Origin: Paraspadella gotoi
Taxonomy: Eukaryota > Animalia > Chaetognatha
Direction: 5' to 3'
Assembly: GCA_051294375.1 (NCBI GenBank)
Contig: CM119267.1
Location: 813,601-877,600 of the forward strand
DNA: 64,000 nt
In this document: one piece after another, positions 1 to 11,737 of the stretch
How positions within the stretch are numbered: the first letter of the stretch is position 1
Layout of the letters: each line of letters starts with the position of its first letter
Notes under the pieces: model-generated
Seen by the model: the letters and a program-made list of their open reading frames with translations, nothing else
Told to the model about the DNA's origin: nothing
The model's database searches: none
Made by a program: the position numbers and the translations under genes

Positions 1-286
1 CTTTTATCACCGGATTTACTGGCATTTCTGTCAGCTCATTCAATTTGTCTTGATCTTTGACAATCGGAGAATCGAGATGGTCCGCTTCGTTGTCTGCGAT
101 TTTCGACTCCTTTGTATCGTAGGAAGATACGTTCTCGGCCAACTCTGGCACCTCTCCTTGCAATTGCTCGCCAGCAGATTCAGCAGCTTCTGCTGCTTCC
201 ACCGCTTCAGATTCCAAGAGTTGATCGCCTTCCAAAGACGCGTCGTCGTCGCGACCGGAGATATAGATGCAGTCCTCCTCCGCCAT
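1..286 (-). CDS. 5' part of an unidentified acidic protein, running off the window edge
   Basis: ATG at 286; frame MAEEDCIYISGRDDDASLEGDQLLESEAVEAAEAAESAGEQ...PVNPVIK stays open to base 1; exon-like composition; same strand as neighbours. Confidence 0.55.
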   Translation of the reverse strand, partial: MAEEDCIYISGRDDDASLEGDQLLESEAVEAAEAAESAGEQLQGEVPELAENVSSYDTKESKIADNEADHLDSPIVKDQDKLNELTEMPVNPVIK

Positions 287-693
287 CTCTTCCAACAGTT
301 TAATACATCTTCTTTCGAGAAAGAAAGGTAAATGGATTCAAAATAACATTTATTCGCATCAAGATAAAAGAAAAGAGATATAAAGAGTCGTTCTGTCTGT
401 CGGTGGGGGAAATAGGGGGTTTAGTTCAAGAAAGAGAGAGGGAGAAACTAAAGGTTGAAAGGGTGGACAAATGGTTATAAAACACCGAGTGCATAGCATG
501 GCATGGGATTGAGTGGCAAGTCATGGCAAAACAAAAAGGTCAAGCGGTTAACTTTAAATAAAACGCCCTTTCTTCAACACTACAAAGATATTTTATTTCT
601 CGAAAACTAACTAAAAAACCTAAAACTAAAACTGCCATAACAAATCTGAAAGTCTTAAAACGCCAGGCGAGGGTCTCCCCCATCTCTCCAGGT

Positions 694-3500
694 CTACCGC
701 CTGTTCCTTCTCTTCATCGCAGCGGTGCACTGCGGGCAGAACCATTTTCCCTTCGGAGCCTGAGTGAGACCGACGCAACCGTAGTGGAACCATTCTATGG
801 GACAGTCCTCGTTGTCGCAGCCGACCATCTCACCGTAGGACACCTGATTGCAAATGCAATAACGCGGTTCGTTGGGATCATAGGCCCAGTCACCGCCTTC
901 CACAGCTTGATAAGACGTCGAGGAGGCCGGGTCCGCCGCCGCACCGCCGCTGCCGACGCCGGCTTCATCCGCGACGCGCGAGAGATCCTGAGATCCGCCG
1001 AGATGACTGGCGGTTTGACTCGAGCCGAAACTAGAGTTAAGAGAGGAAGAGGAAGAGGAGGGGAAGGCGAGGCTCGAGTTATTGGTGGAGAGGTTGTGTC
1101 CGTCAACGCCCGAATGGGAGGAGGAAGAGAAGGAGGCGCCGGCGCCTGATGGACCGAAAAGTCGGGACTTTTTCGGCTTGGGTGGTTTCGTGACAGAGTC
1201 GGAAGAAAAACCGGCGGAACCGAATGCGCCGCCGCTGGCGGAATCCGGGGCGGCTCCCCTAGCGGCGGTAGCGGTGGGCGGCGCCCCGCCGAAGGTAAGT
1301 TCCTTGGCGAGTTCGCCGGCGTGGCGCAGAGCTTCGTAAGAGGCCTTGAGCGATGACGTCCGGCGACCCTGTTGCATATGGTTGGTAGCGGCGATGGCTT
1401 GAGACGCGGCCGCGGCGATGGCCGGATTGCTCATCCCGCTGAAGACGCCGTAAGTCAACTGAGAGCCCTGAGCGGCGCCGGATGCGACTGATGCTGCTCC
1501 TGCGGCGCCCGAAGACGCAGCGAAACCGCTAGTCGAATTTCTGACGCCCGAGTGTGCGGGGTTGGGTTTTTCCGGTCCCGAGGTCCCGGCCCCGATGAAG
1601 ACTCCACCGTTTTCCGGCGTGGCACATCCGGACGCCAGCGAGGCCAACGTCTGAGAAGTGTTGACGAGGGAATCGCGCGACGCCGGTCGCCCCAACGACG
1701 CGTCAGGATCGGCGCCGATCGCTGGAGACGCAGAACGAGAAGTCTCCAATTTTAAGGCGGAGACTGTGGCGGGAATGAGGGGAAGGCGATCCGTGGAGGA
1801 CATCGTGGCTGAGAGAAGAAGAGAAGAAGGATATTGGTATAAGTTAAAGAAAAAAAGGGGGGGAAAATGGAAAGAAAGAAAGAAAGCAAGGAGGAAATAG
1901 AGGCAAAGTTGTGAACATAAAATCACCTACAACAAAAAGAAAGGAAAAAAAAGGAAAGTAAAACCCGAAACTCACCCGCAGCCCAACTCCCCGCAGCATC
2001 GCCCCGATCCTTCCGCCGACTCCCCTCCCCATTCTTCCGCCTGTCCGCCTTGTGGCCGCCCAAGGCCGCCACCGGCTGCGTCGTCATCTCCTTCAAGCAT
2101 TTCGCTTCCAACGTCTCCGTGACGCCCGCGTTGTCCGCCTCCAACTCCATCTTGTATTTCTGCAGCTCTTGGTCGAGTTTGCGGACGTAGCGGTCGACCA
2201 GGTCGTAGATGTGGTTGCCCAATTGCACCTTGGGAGTTTCAGGGTTCGAAGGTTTAAGGGTTTGAAAGTACAAAGGTTCAAAGGTTCGAGATTCCAAATG
2301 ATGAAACGAGACAAAACCTCTTCGGTTTGGTCTACGTTTTTTGGTTGTTGTCGTTCTTGATGTGGTTGTTATGAAAATTTGCAAATTACTTGTTTCACTA
2401 TTTTCTATTTTTCTAATTAATATTTTAATATTTTTATGAAGGATTTAGTATTTAATCTATATTATTTAATCAAACATATATTGCTTTCTTTTTTATATTA
2501 TTGTTTGTTTTTATTAAATCTTAATTTATGTCCGCTTCGTGTTTGTTGTCATTAATTCTTACTTTATCATCTACTTCGCGTTGTTTGTCATTAATTCTTA
2601 CTTTATCATCATCTTTTTGTTTGTTGTCATTAATTTTTTACTTTACCATCTGCTTTGTGTTGTTTGTCATTAATTCTTATTTTATCATCATCTTTTTGTT
2701 TGTTGTCATTAATTTTTACTTTACCATCTGCTTTGTGTTGTTTGTCATTAATTCTTACTTTATCGTCTGCTTCTTCGAGAATTTTGTTGTATTCTCCTCT
2801 GAGTCTCTCGAACTCCGCCTCTCTCCATTCCTTCTCTTTCTCCTTCTCTTTTTCTTTCTCCTTCTCTTTCTTCTTCTTGCACTCGGAGAAGAAGACTTTG
2901 GCTCCTTCGTCCAGACGGTCCAGGTTGTTTTGGACTGGAGAGGGGGGAAAAATGGGGAGGAGGGAGAGGAGATAAGAGGGAGGGAGGAGAGAAGAGGGAG
3001 GGTGGAGGGAGGACAGAAGAGGGAGGGATGAGGGAGGGTGGAGGAGGAGAGAAGAGGGAGGAGAGAAGAGGGATGGTGGAGGGAGGAGAGAAGAGGGAGG
3101 GTGGAGGGAGGAGAGAAGAGGGAGGGTGGAGGGAGGAGAGAAGAGGGAGGGAGGAGAGAAGAGGGAGGAGAGAACAGGGAGGGTGGAGGGAGGAGAGAAG
3201 AGGGAGGTGGAGAAAAGAGGGAGGTGGAGGTAGGAGAGAAGAGGGAGGGAGGAGAGAAGAGGGAGGGTGGAGAGAAGAGGGGTAGGAGACGAAAGGAGGA
3301 AAGGAAAGGGGAAGGATGGGAGGTAGAGAGGAATAATCCATAATAGTGAAGACAAGGTGGGCATTGTTGCCCATACTACTGCCATTTCCTTTTTCCGACT
3401 TCTTACCCGAAAGATCTAATTCCCTCATTTCTGTGAATCTGTCCCTCAGATCGTGAGGCAAATGTTCGATCATCTCGAGATAATCTTCGAGATAAAGCAT
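694..3500 (-). CDS. ING3: Inhibitor of growth protein 3 (NuA4/Tip60 subunit), 4 exons
   Basis: N-terminal [33 protein letters not shown] helical domain (EEADDK|[22 protein letters not shown]...[10 protein letters not shown]), C-terminal PHD ([38 protein letters not shown]...WFCPQC); exons ~3500-3408, 2934-2759, 2229-1977, 1807-694 with GT-AG borders. Confidence 0.95.
2528..2770. repeat. ~39-bp tandem repeat derived from the ING3 exon-2 end plus splice donor
   Basis: About 6 units like tttgttgtcattaattcttactttatcatc. Confidence 0.8.
2940..3330. repeat. Homopurine (GGA/GAG) low-complexity tract in ING3 intron 1
   Basis: Repeats of gggaggagagaagagggagggtgga, nearly pure purine on the + strand. 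Confidence 0.9.
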
Positions 3501-4924
3501 CGTCAATGCGGAGGTCAGAATCCAAATGGCTAATAGTCAGAGGCCAAAGGGTCATATAGGACCCAAAGTCAAAAAGGCCAAACTGATTTCCTTCTGTCTG
3601 ATGTAATGAGAGAAACCATGAAAATTTAAGAGGAAGATATTCAACGAAAATTAGCGTGAGCTTGTTAACTTTAATGTGACACAACGGACGCGAACAAAAA
3701 GAGTCAACTATGTACTTATAAATGATTTTCTTCAAAATACTGTTATCAGTTAAAATACTAATACTATAGTCGACTTCTGTTTCCCGACTTTTATGAGTTT
3801 TTCTTCGGGCACAAAGGATCACATAATGTTAACAGAAATGATATGTAGATAAACATCACGCAAGCATCACGAAAATTTTAAGTATGAGTGGGAAAAGTTG
3901 GTTCATTCGGAGAACTTCGCTTATCACATCGAAAAATAAATTTAGAGTAAAATTATACAAAGTAATTTATTTTTTTTCGAAACTACGCTGTATAAATAAA
4001 AACTGACGGCCATAAGAACGGCTTTCAATTTATAACCGAAAGAGTATGTAAATATACATATTTTAAGATAGTATTTATATGGTTCATTTAAAGTTCGTAA
4101 TATCTAAGAATCGTGCATAGAACAACCGTGTGACCATAACTAAAAACATTTAATTTTCAGAATGCTACCGGCAATTCCCAAACACATCTACCGCAAAAAA
4201 ACATTCAAATATATAAAGTAACTTCTCTACAAAAAATTTATTCCAAAAATAAGTCTAAAACAATCTCTGTTACTTTCGTATGGTTTAATCAAGGCATATG
4301 CGCTTATTAACAATTGAATATCGCAAAAAAGGCGAAATATTTAAACTACAGTATTAACTTAACCAAGAGACGCGAGAGTTAACAAGTTAACAAGTTGCCA
4401 AGTAGAACCATTTCGATTCACGAGTAAACACTAGAGGGACGAGAAATGTAACAATTGTAAAATATCGCAACATGCACGGACGTTGAACGCACAGGGTAAA
4501 ATGTATCGTAACAATAACGTAAAAAAGAGAATTTAAAAAGATAAAAACAAAATAAGAGCCGAACAAAAAAATGAAAAAAACGGTTGCGGCCGAGAGAGAG
4601 AGGAATGAAACATTAAAAAAATATTCATTTTAAAAATAGGGAGGAGCAGAAGGAAAAGGTTTTTTTTGGGGAGGGGGTTATAATAATTTTAATTGTTTCA
4701 TCAACGATGATTCACATACTAAAATACATTAAGAACTGACATTTTTAACTTTTATATTTTACATTAAAAAATCTTAAAGTATAAGGATAAATGTGTAGAC
4801 AAAAAAAATTTAAAAAATTTAAAAAAAAAAAAAAAAGGGAGAGAGTCGGTAAAAAGTCGGTAAAAACGTCCACAATTAAAAATCAAAGTAAAAATGTTGG
4901 AGACGGAATCGTGAAGAGGATCCT

Positions 4925-5002
4925 TGTTAGAGGGTCTCGTGCTTCCCAAGCCCGGCCGGCGCGGCGCCCGCCGGAATCGCCTACAACAATCCTCCTCTAA
5001 CA
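4925..5002. mobile_element. 78-bp TG...CA mini-element with inverted termini, copy 1
   Basis: TGTTAGAGG...CCTCTAACA termini with GC-rich core; near-identical copy at 15220-15292. Confidence 0.55.
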
Positions 5003-5078
5003 TAAGTACCTTCCACCCCCCCCCAAAAAAAAATCTTCCCCCTTTCCCTCAACTCGACTCCCACATGAATCATTGATT

Positions 5079-6717
5079 TCAAAGTCGCCTCAGTTTCTCT
5101 TTACTTTTCTTTGAATTTTTAATCTTTGCTGATGATGATAATGATGATGATGATTTTCTGTGAAGCAACGACGCCGACGGAGATTGAGAATTGGCGACGC
5201 CGCCGAGACCCAAAGCGGCGTCAACGGACGCCGCAGAAAAAAGCAGCGGCGTGGGGAGAAAATCTTTTTTGTTGTTGTTGTTGTTATGGGTTATGCTGAT
5301 GTTGTTGTCGTTGTTGATGACTTTGTCGTCGATGGCGTGAGATCCCTGAGATCGAAGCTCGCGAACGAAGGGCGGGCAGCCCAAGTGCCCCGTGGATCGA
5401 GTGGAGGGCTGATTAGGAGCCGTGCTCGACTTCGTGGGTGTCGTGCCCGACGGGGCGGCGGTCAAAGCAGAGGCCCCCGTCCTCGCTTCGTCGGAAACGG
5501 CGCCTTGTATTCGATTCGGCGAAGCGAATAGACGACGATGGCCGAACCTGGCGAGGGCGGGCGTCGGCGAAGATGAAGGCAACGGCGAATTAGCGAGTTG
5601 GACGCGACGAAGCGGCGAAGTCAAGCGGGCGCCGCGGGGCGAAGCGGCGCCTCGAGGAGATCCCAACCTCGCCTCACGACGACCTGATTTAGAGGGCGAG
5701 GACTCTGCCCGACGTTGGACGGGCTTCAGGGCAAAGCGGTTGTCGGGCGTGAAAGCCATCGAGTCCGAAGCGTCGAAGCAGAATGAGGAACCGTTGCTGA
5801 GATAACTAGAGAGAGGGGGAGAGAGAGGGGAAAGAGAGGGGGATAGAAGTGAGGAAAGAGACGGAGAACAAAGAGGAGAAAAGGGGGAAAGAGGATGGAG
5901 AGACAAGTAAAGAGAGTAAAAAGAGGTGAGGCGACTTACGACCGGTCTCCTTCTCTAAACTCTTCCTCTCTCCTCTTTCTTCTGAGCCGGTCATTCTCCA
6001 CGGTCACTTTGCCCTAGCTTTGGCAATGACCTTAGATTGACCGGACCGAGGCGACCGTAAGGTCAAGTTGGTCCGGGGGTTAATAAAAGTGGATCAGGAG
6101 AGAGCTCGTCTCACTTCTTTTCTACTTCTCTTACAACGTCACAATACGTCACCTTTTTTCATACTTTTATTTTCTCTATTTTCGTCTTCTACAGAGGTAG
6201 CATTTAGAGGAGAACAGGAATTGACAAAAAGTGTGAGTGAGAGAGAGAGAGAGAGAGAGAGACAGACGCAAAACAAGCGGATAATCTCTCCACTCATTTC
6301 CCCTAAGACCCACCCGTGCGAGTCTCGTGCGAGTCGGCGAGACTTGGCCTCCATCAAGGGCGTGTTTTCCTGCGTTTGGATCTCTAGGGCGAAAAGTCGA
6401 TCCTCGTAGGTCTGGAGTCGACGACGCGTTGGAAGGTGCGCCTCCACCGCCTTCTTCCACGTCGGGGAAACGAGAGAGAAGGTTTTGAGGTCGGCGTCGT
6501 CGAGGAGGGACATGACGTCTATGACGAGCGAGGGTTCGTGGAGACCGAGTTCGGTTATAACGTCCAAGGATCCTGAGCCGACGCGTTTACCGATCCACAT
6601 GGAAGGAGGGAGAGATCTTGGCAAAGAAAGGATGAGGGTAAAGTTGATAAAATATCACAGGTGACAGAGAAACGATGTGTTGTGGTTTAAAAAAACAAAA
6701 TGATCCTAAAAATAATA

Positions 6718-6749
<32 letters not shown>

Positions 6750-8251
6750 AAAAAAAAAACAAGAAATTAAAAAAAAGAAATTTCCAAGGAAAAAAAAATG
6801 AATGAAAACGAAAAGCGACTTATTGAATACTTAATACTATTAATTAAGCGGGTTTTTTTAAATTTGATTAACTTGAATGAACCCTGGCTTCCTCCCCCCC
6901 TGACCTGAGTTTGGCGAAGTAGTCGAAGACCCGGTCTACCATGGCCCTTCTTATCTGCTCCGTCTCCCGTCGCCGCTCCTTCTCCAGACTCGCCGAGGAA
7001 ACGGGTCGACGAAGGAAGACTTGAGAGGGCGTGTCGGGGAGACAGCAGAAGGGGGCGCGGGGGTGGGAATGGAAATGAGCGAGGGATGAGTGGTGGGAGA
7101 GAGAGGCGGAGGCGAAGGCGGAACGAGACTCAGCCAATTCCTCGTGGATGTCGCGACATTTACTTCTCGTCCAGTAGCCACTCTCCTATTAAAGGCAAGG
7201 TTTTAGTCATAAGGAGAAGGTAATATAAATGTTATTTTCTCTTTTTTAAATGGCAGCGATAGTTGGTTTAAATATATATAAATAAATAGATATGGTTTAA
7301 ACTTTCAACTTCTGTGACAAAAAGGTTCACCTGTGACAAGGCCTCGTATAAGGAATACAAGGAGGACTTGGCCATGGAACGAACTCTGTCGCCGTCCACA
7401 GTGTGGATGTTGTTGTCATCGCAGTCTTCTCTCGACGCCGCCGATCGCGTCTGCATGGGATGCGTCGAGGGAGACGAGCAGCAGCTGCTACTGCTGCTGC
7501 TGCCCGGCCTCGATCTGCCCGTCGATCCCGACCGACGGTCCTTGGGTCGAGCTCCGGCTGCACCTCCCGCCTCTGCAGCACCCGCAGCGCCCGCAACGCC
7601 GGTGCTCCGCGCCTCCGAACCTTCGGGCGAATAAAAGAAGGAAGAAGGAAATCCGTGGGCGATGATACTTTGATCGAGAGAACGAAATCCATCGATCCGT
7701 CCGTCCGTCTTTTCTCTTCTTCCCTCTTCCTCCTCCTCCCCTCGTTCAAAGGTCAAAGCCCTCGCGCCACGCGGCCCAGCAAAGGGCGTCGAGGTGCTGG
7801 CGATCCTCTCCGGCCGGAACTGCAGGGAGAGGCGCTTGGGCGAGGCGCGGTTCTCTTCCAGCGGTTCCTCCGACGGCCGCTTGGGGGACGAAGGGTTGGA
7901 CGACGTAGCATGTAAGAGATGAATACTCCGCGGCGAAGATTTGGTCGACGACGCCGGTTTAGAGAACGATCGAAGAACGACGCCGGATCGTTCGAGGGGA
8001 ATGAGTGGCGCCGCAGGGAGATCGAGACGGTTGTCGAAAGTCCGTTTGGCGCCGGCGACGCCGAGGATCGAGTCCATCGGCGTCTCGTCCCGTCGCCGCT
8101 CGACGGTTTCATCGTCTTCCGCGGAGATGGACATTTTGCTGAGAAACTCGACGACGTCCAAGGATTTCTTATCCTCTTCCTCTTCCTCAGCTCGATCGTC
8201 TCGTCCTTTTCGATCTTCCGAGTTTTCGTCTTCGACTTCGTCCAACTTCAT
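5079..8251 (-). CDS. F-box protein of the FBXO5/FBXO43 (Emi1/Emi2/Rca1) family, ~4 exons
   Basis: WIGKRVGSGSLDVITEL followed by an F-box (VMSLLDDADLKTFSLVSPTWKKAV), C-terminal Emi-type RL tail KKSKEKLRRL*, ESGYWT degron-like motif; exons ~8251-7331, 7186-6905, 6617-6312, 5797-5079. Confidence 0.75.
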
Positions 8252-8674
8252 CGCCCGACAACCGCATTTCAAAACGTTAAAGGGAGGGAATCATTTTGGT
8301 AAGCTTAGCTCTCGCTCTCTCTAATATGATTGCTGGGACAAGCAAAAAACTTGGCATGATTACAATAAAATTGTTTGGGCCCCCGAGAGAGAAAATGGGA
8401 TAAAAACGAAGTTTGATAAAATGAAAATCACCGTCGCGCTTTTACGAAAAAAAAAAGTTCTAAGGTCAAACTCATATCAGAATGGTTTGAAAACTATATG
8501 TTTAAATTAAAAAACAAGTGAGTCTCGCTAATTATCGAAAAAGATTTTTAAAAAAATCACAGAAGGAATCAAAAACCGCGTGTGAGAAGTAAACATCGAA
8601 CAATCAGAGCGGAGAGAAAGAGGAAGAGTCAGAGAGACATGGGGTGACGACTGGCAGCGTCCAAAAAATAAAAG

Positions 8675-9520
8675 TCAGAGAGAGATGGAGTCACGAACGA
8701 CGACGCGCGACTCTTCGATTCTGATTTCTTCGAATAAAATTCCGACGTCAGATTCTTCGATCTTCTTCTTCATCATCGTCGTCATCGTCGTCGTCGTCGT
8801 CATCTCGTGGGCCAAGGTGGTCGGAAAGGAAAAGGCAAAGATTTGGACCGTCTCCTTGCGCGAAGTGATACCCGTCACGTTGACGAGGGTCAGGGGAACC
8901 GAGTCGAGATTATTGTCGTCGTCGTCGTTGGAAAAATAGACGCAGGGAAATCCGAGGAGGAGACCAAAGAGAGAAGGGACGCATCGGTGGCGGGTGGAGG
9001 GGGTGAGAGGAGAGAGACGGACGAGGTGGACTGAAGGGAAAAGAGAGGCAGGGTCAGGGAAGGCAGGGTCTGGGATGGAAGGTTCGACCGACGGTTCACC
9101 GGATTCTAAAGTTTCCAACATCCAAGCGAAAAGTTTGTTTTTGTCGGCTTCCGCCATCAGCGTCGGCTCTTTCTTGTCGGGCGACGCATCGACGAAAGCC
9201 GACGAAACGATTCTCTCTCTCAATTCTGATTTGAGGCGAGAAAGATGAGACTCAGCGACGACGACGACATCCAAGACGATCTCCAAGACGACGACGGACG
9301 CGAGTCTGTGTCGTCCTCGTCGCCATAGCAACGCGGCGACGCCTCTCGTCAAATGGCAAAGTCTTTGACCGTCGATGGCGCAGCGATCGAAAAGAAGGGC
9401 GGGTCTGACGCCGACGACGACGAGAGCGACGTCGACGAAAATCTCCAGAGAGAATTTGAGAGCGCGATGACCGAGAGAAGAAGAGACGAGTGAGCGGAGG
9501 CCCTCGCGGTTTAACTCCAT
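8675..9520 (-). CDS. UPF0739 / C1orf74-like protein, single exon
   Basis: 281-aa ORF with family-like motifs GVRPALLFD, SLFGLLLGFPCVY, FAFSFP. Confidence 0.7.
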   Translation of the reverse strand: MELNREGLRSLVSSSLGHRALKFSLEIFVDVALVVVGVRPALLFDRCAIDGQRLCHLTRGVAALLWRRGRHRLASVVVLEIVLDVVVVAESHLSRLKSELRERIVSSAFVDASPDKKEPTLMAEADKNKLFAWMLETLESGEPSVEPSIPDPAFPDPASLFPSVHLVRLSPLTPSTRHRCVPSLFGLLLGFPCVYFSNDDDDNNLDSVPLTLVNVTGITSRKETVQIFAFSFPTTLAHEMTTTTTMTTMMKKKIEESDVGILFEEIRIEESRVVVRDSISL

Positions 9521-9544
9521 TATCTCTGTCTCTCTCTAACTCTC

Positions 9545-11092
9545 TCAGCTGATCTCTTTGTGGGTCGGGGGTCTTCGCGTCGCGTTCTCTTTCATCCTCT
9601 CCACGATCCACTGGATGCCCTCGTCGACGCCGTTGCCTTGGAGGGCGGAAACGGGCAACACCTGGTCGAGCGCGCTCAGAAATATTAATATATAGTATTG
9701 ACATTTAAATTTCCTATTTAAAGAACGGGGACGACCTGCATAGAACGAGCGCCGATCAAATTCTGAGTGTCCTTAAATTGATCTCTGATGTCGTCAGGAT
9801 GAAGACAACCTGGGATTATATTATTATAATATACTATCATATTATATTGTCTAAAAATCTAGTTTCAGAACTAATCAAAACGCAACCATATGTAACTTAG
9901 TTTTGATAGACTGATCCAGAGTGATTATTGCTTGATTTAGTTTAACATTACTATTTTTTTCGATTTAAATTGTTAAATAAGCTACAAAATCCGCGGCACC
10001 TGGGAGATCCTGTTTGTTGGCAAGAAGCAGAAGCGGGACTCCGTTGAGATGCTCGTTGACGATCATCTTTCTGAAGGCGGCGACGCTCTCCTCCACCCGG
10101 TCGCGGTCCGCGGAGTCCACCACGTAGACGACGGCGTGACACTCTGCGTAGTATTTGTCCCACAGAGATTGGAGTTCCTCTTGTCCTCCTGCGGCGAGAA
10201 AGGAGAGGGCGTGGGTAGGAATCATATGCTTAGTAAACTTACCCAATAGTATAGGCATCACTTTTAACTTACCCAAATCCCAAAAACTGAGCCTCGTGTT
10301 TCCGATGTCGATTTTTCCCAAATTCAAACCGACGGTCGTCGTGATTTTGGAAAGGGACATCGCCAAGCGGGGTAGTCCTTAGTAAAGTTTGAGACGAGGG
10401 AGGAAGAAATATTAAGAAGATGTAAGGCGATTCATTTTGGAAAGAGATATCCCAAGGTAGCCCTTATAAGTTGAGACGAGGGAGGAGGAAATATTAAGAA
10501 GATGTAAGGCGATTCATTTTGGAAAGAGATATCCCAAGGTAGCCCTTATAAGTTGAGACGAGGGAGGAGAAATATTAAGAAGATGTAAGGCGATTCATTT
10601 TGAAAAGGGACATCCCAAGGTAGCCCTTTTAAGTTGAGACGAGGGAGGAGAAATATTAGGAAGAGGTAAGGCGATTCATTTTGAAAAGGGACATCCCAAA
10701 GTAGCCCTTTTAAGTTGAGACGAGGGAGGAGAAATATTAAGAAGATGTAAGCGATTCATTTTGGAAAGGGATATCCAAAGGTAGCCCTTTTAAGTTGAGA
10801 CGAGGAGGAGAAATATTAGGAAGAGGTAAGGCGATTCATTCGCCAGAAATAAAACATCTGCCTAATAGACTGATATTACGTTTCACATACCATCTTCATT
10901 CTATTCATCTATCCTAAACATATCTAACTCGAACCCCCAACTCTAAACCAAACAATAACAAACCTTGGTGAAAATGGTTTTCGTCTGCTCGAGTAGCGTG
11001 GTTTTTCCCGCGTCGTCCAAACCGAGAATGAGAACGAAATACTCGTCCTTCTGCACCAAATAGCGATAAAATCCCGAGAGGAGGGTGAACAT
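9545..11092 (-). CDS. ARFRP1: ADP-ribosylation factor-related protein 1
   Basis: MFTLLSGFYRYLVQKDEYFVLILGLDDAGKTT, MSLSKITTTVGLN, WDLGGQEELQSLWDKYYAECH, ANKQD, C-terminal RPPTHKEIS*; at least 5 exons; the exon1/2 junction has a phase anomaly (see findings). Confidence 0.92.
10385..10840. repeat. ~60-bp tandem minisatellite (7-8 units) in ARFRP1 intron 1, derived from the exon-2 acceptor region
   Basis: Unit ttgagacgagggaggagaaatattaagaagatgtaaggcgattcattttgaaaagggacatcccaaggtagcccttt. Confidence 0.9.
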
Positions 11093-11737
11093 CCTTCTTC
11101 CTTTTTTAAAGGAGTCAAGAAATAGTCGGGTCTTTTAAACCCACACGACGATGCGTCTCATTTTTTAAAGATTTTGTTGGGCGTTCGTTCTTTTATTTTA
11201 TAACCGCAGAAAACTTGAAACAAACAAACAAATACATTCATCATTGAGTGTTTATAAGGATAATTGAACGGAACGATTGAGGTATTCCTGAGTTATTATT
11301 TTAAAGATAAAAATGAAGAAAACAAAAAGGGACTTTTTTTGTTGTTTTGTGACGTGACAAGTTAAATCTTTGCGACAATATAAATGCGAAAGAAGAATCT
11401 TAATTAAAATTTACAGTAGTTAAATTCTAATTCGAAACATTAATTCGATATTCGAATATAATAATAATAATTCGAAAATGACGCTAGAAAAAAAAAACTA
11501 TTGAGACAAACAAACAAAAATCAATTTGATTCGCTATACAGCTAATAAAGGAAAACAAAATAAATGAAAAAAGAGGATCTTGTCAACCGCTGAGTCTTCG
11601 GTAGACAAATTATCACAATGAACTTTCAAATCGTAAAAAAATTTTTAAATTGAATAAAATTCCCCTTCTTTAACATTGGACACGAGAGAATATGCGGGAT
11701 CGATTGCTAATCCATCTCTAATTCATCTCTAATCCAT

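Noticed and set aside
4282-4320. GGTTTAAT as a possible nematode-like SL RNA start
   Set aside because: Only an 8-nt match; no following splice donor, Sm site or stem-loops recognised
5935-6200. Extra exons in the Emi1-like gene, including a CYLC fragment
   Set aside because: The splice combinations I tried hit stops or phase conflicts, while the direct 6312-to-5797 join is in phase
10385-10840. Regular repeat arrays as possible CRISPR (also 41425-41765)
   Set aside because: Head-to-tail units with no unique spacers, inside spliceosomal introns, and no cas genes
11005-11030. ARFRP1 P-loop GLDDAGKT instead of GLDNAGKT
   Set aside because: This position varies across Arf/Arl GTPases; other G motifs are intact
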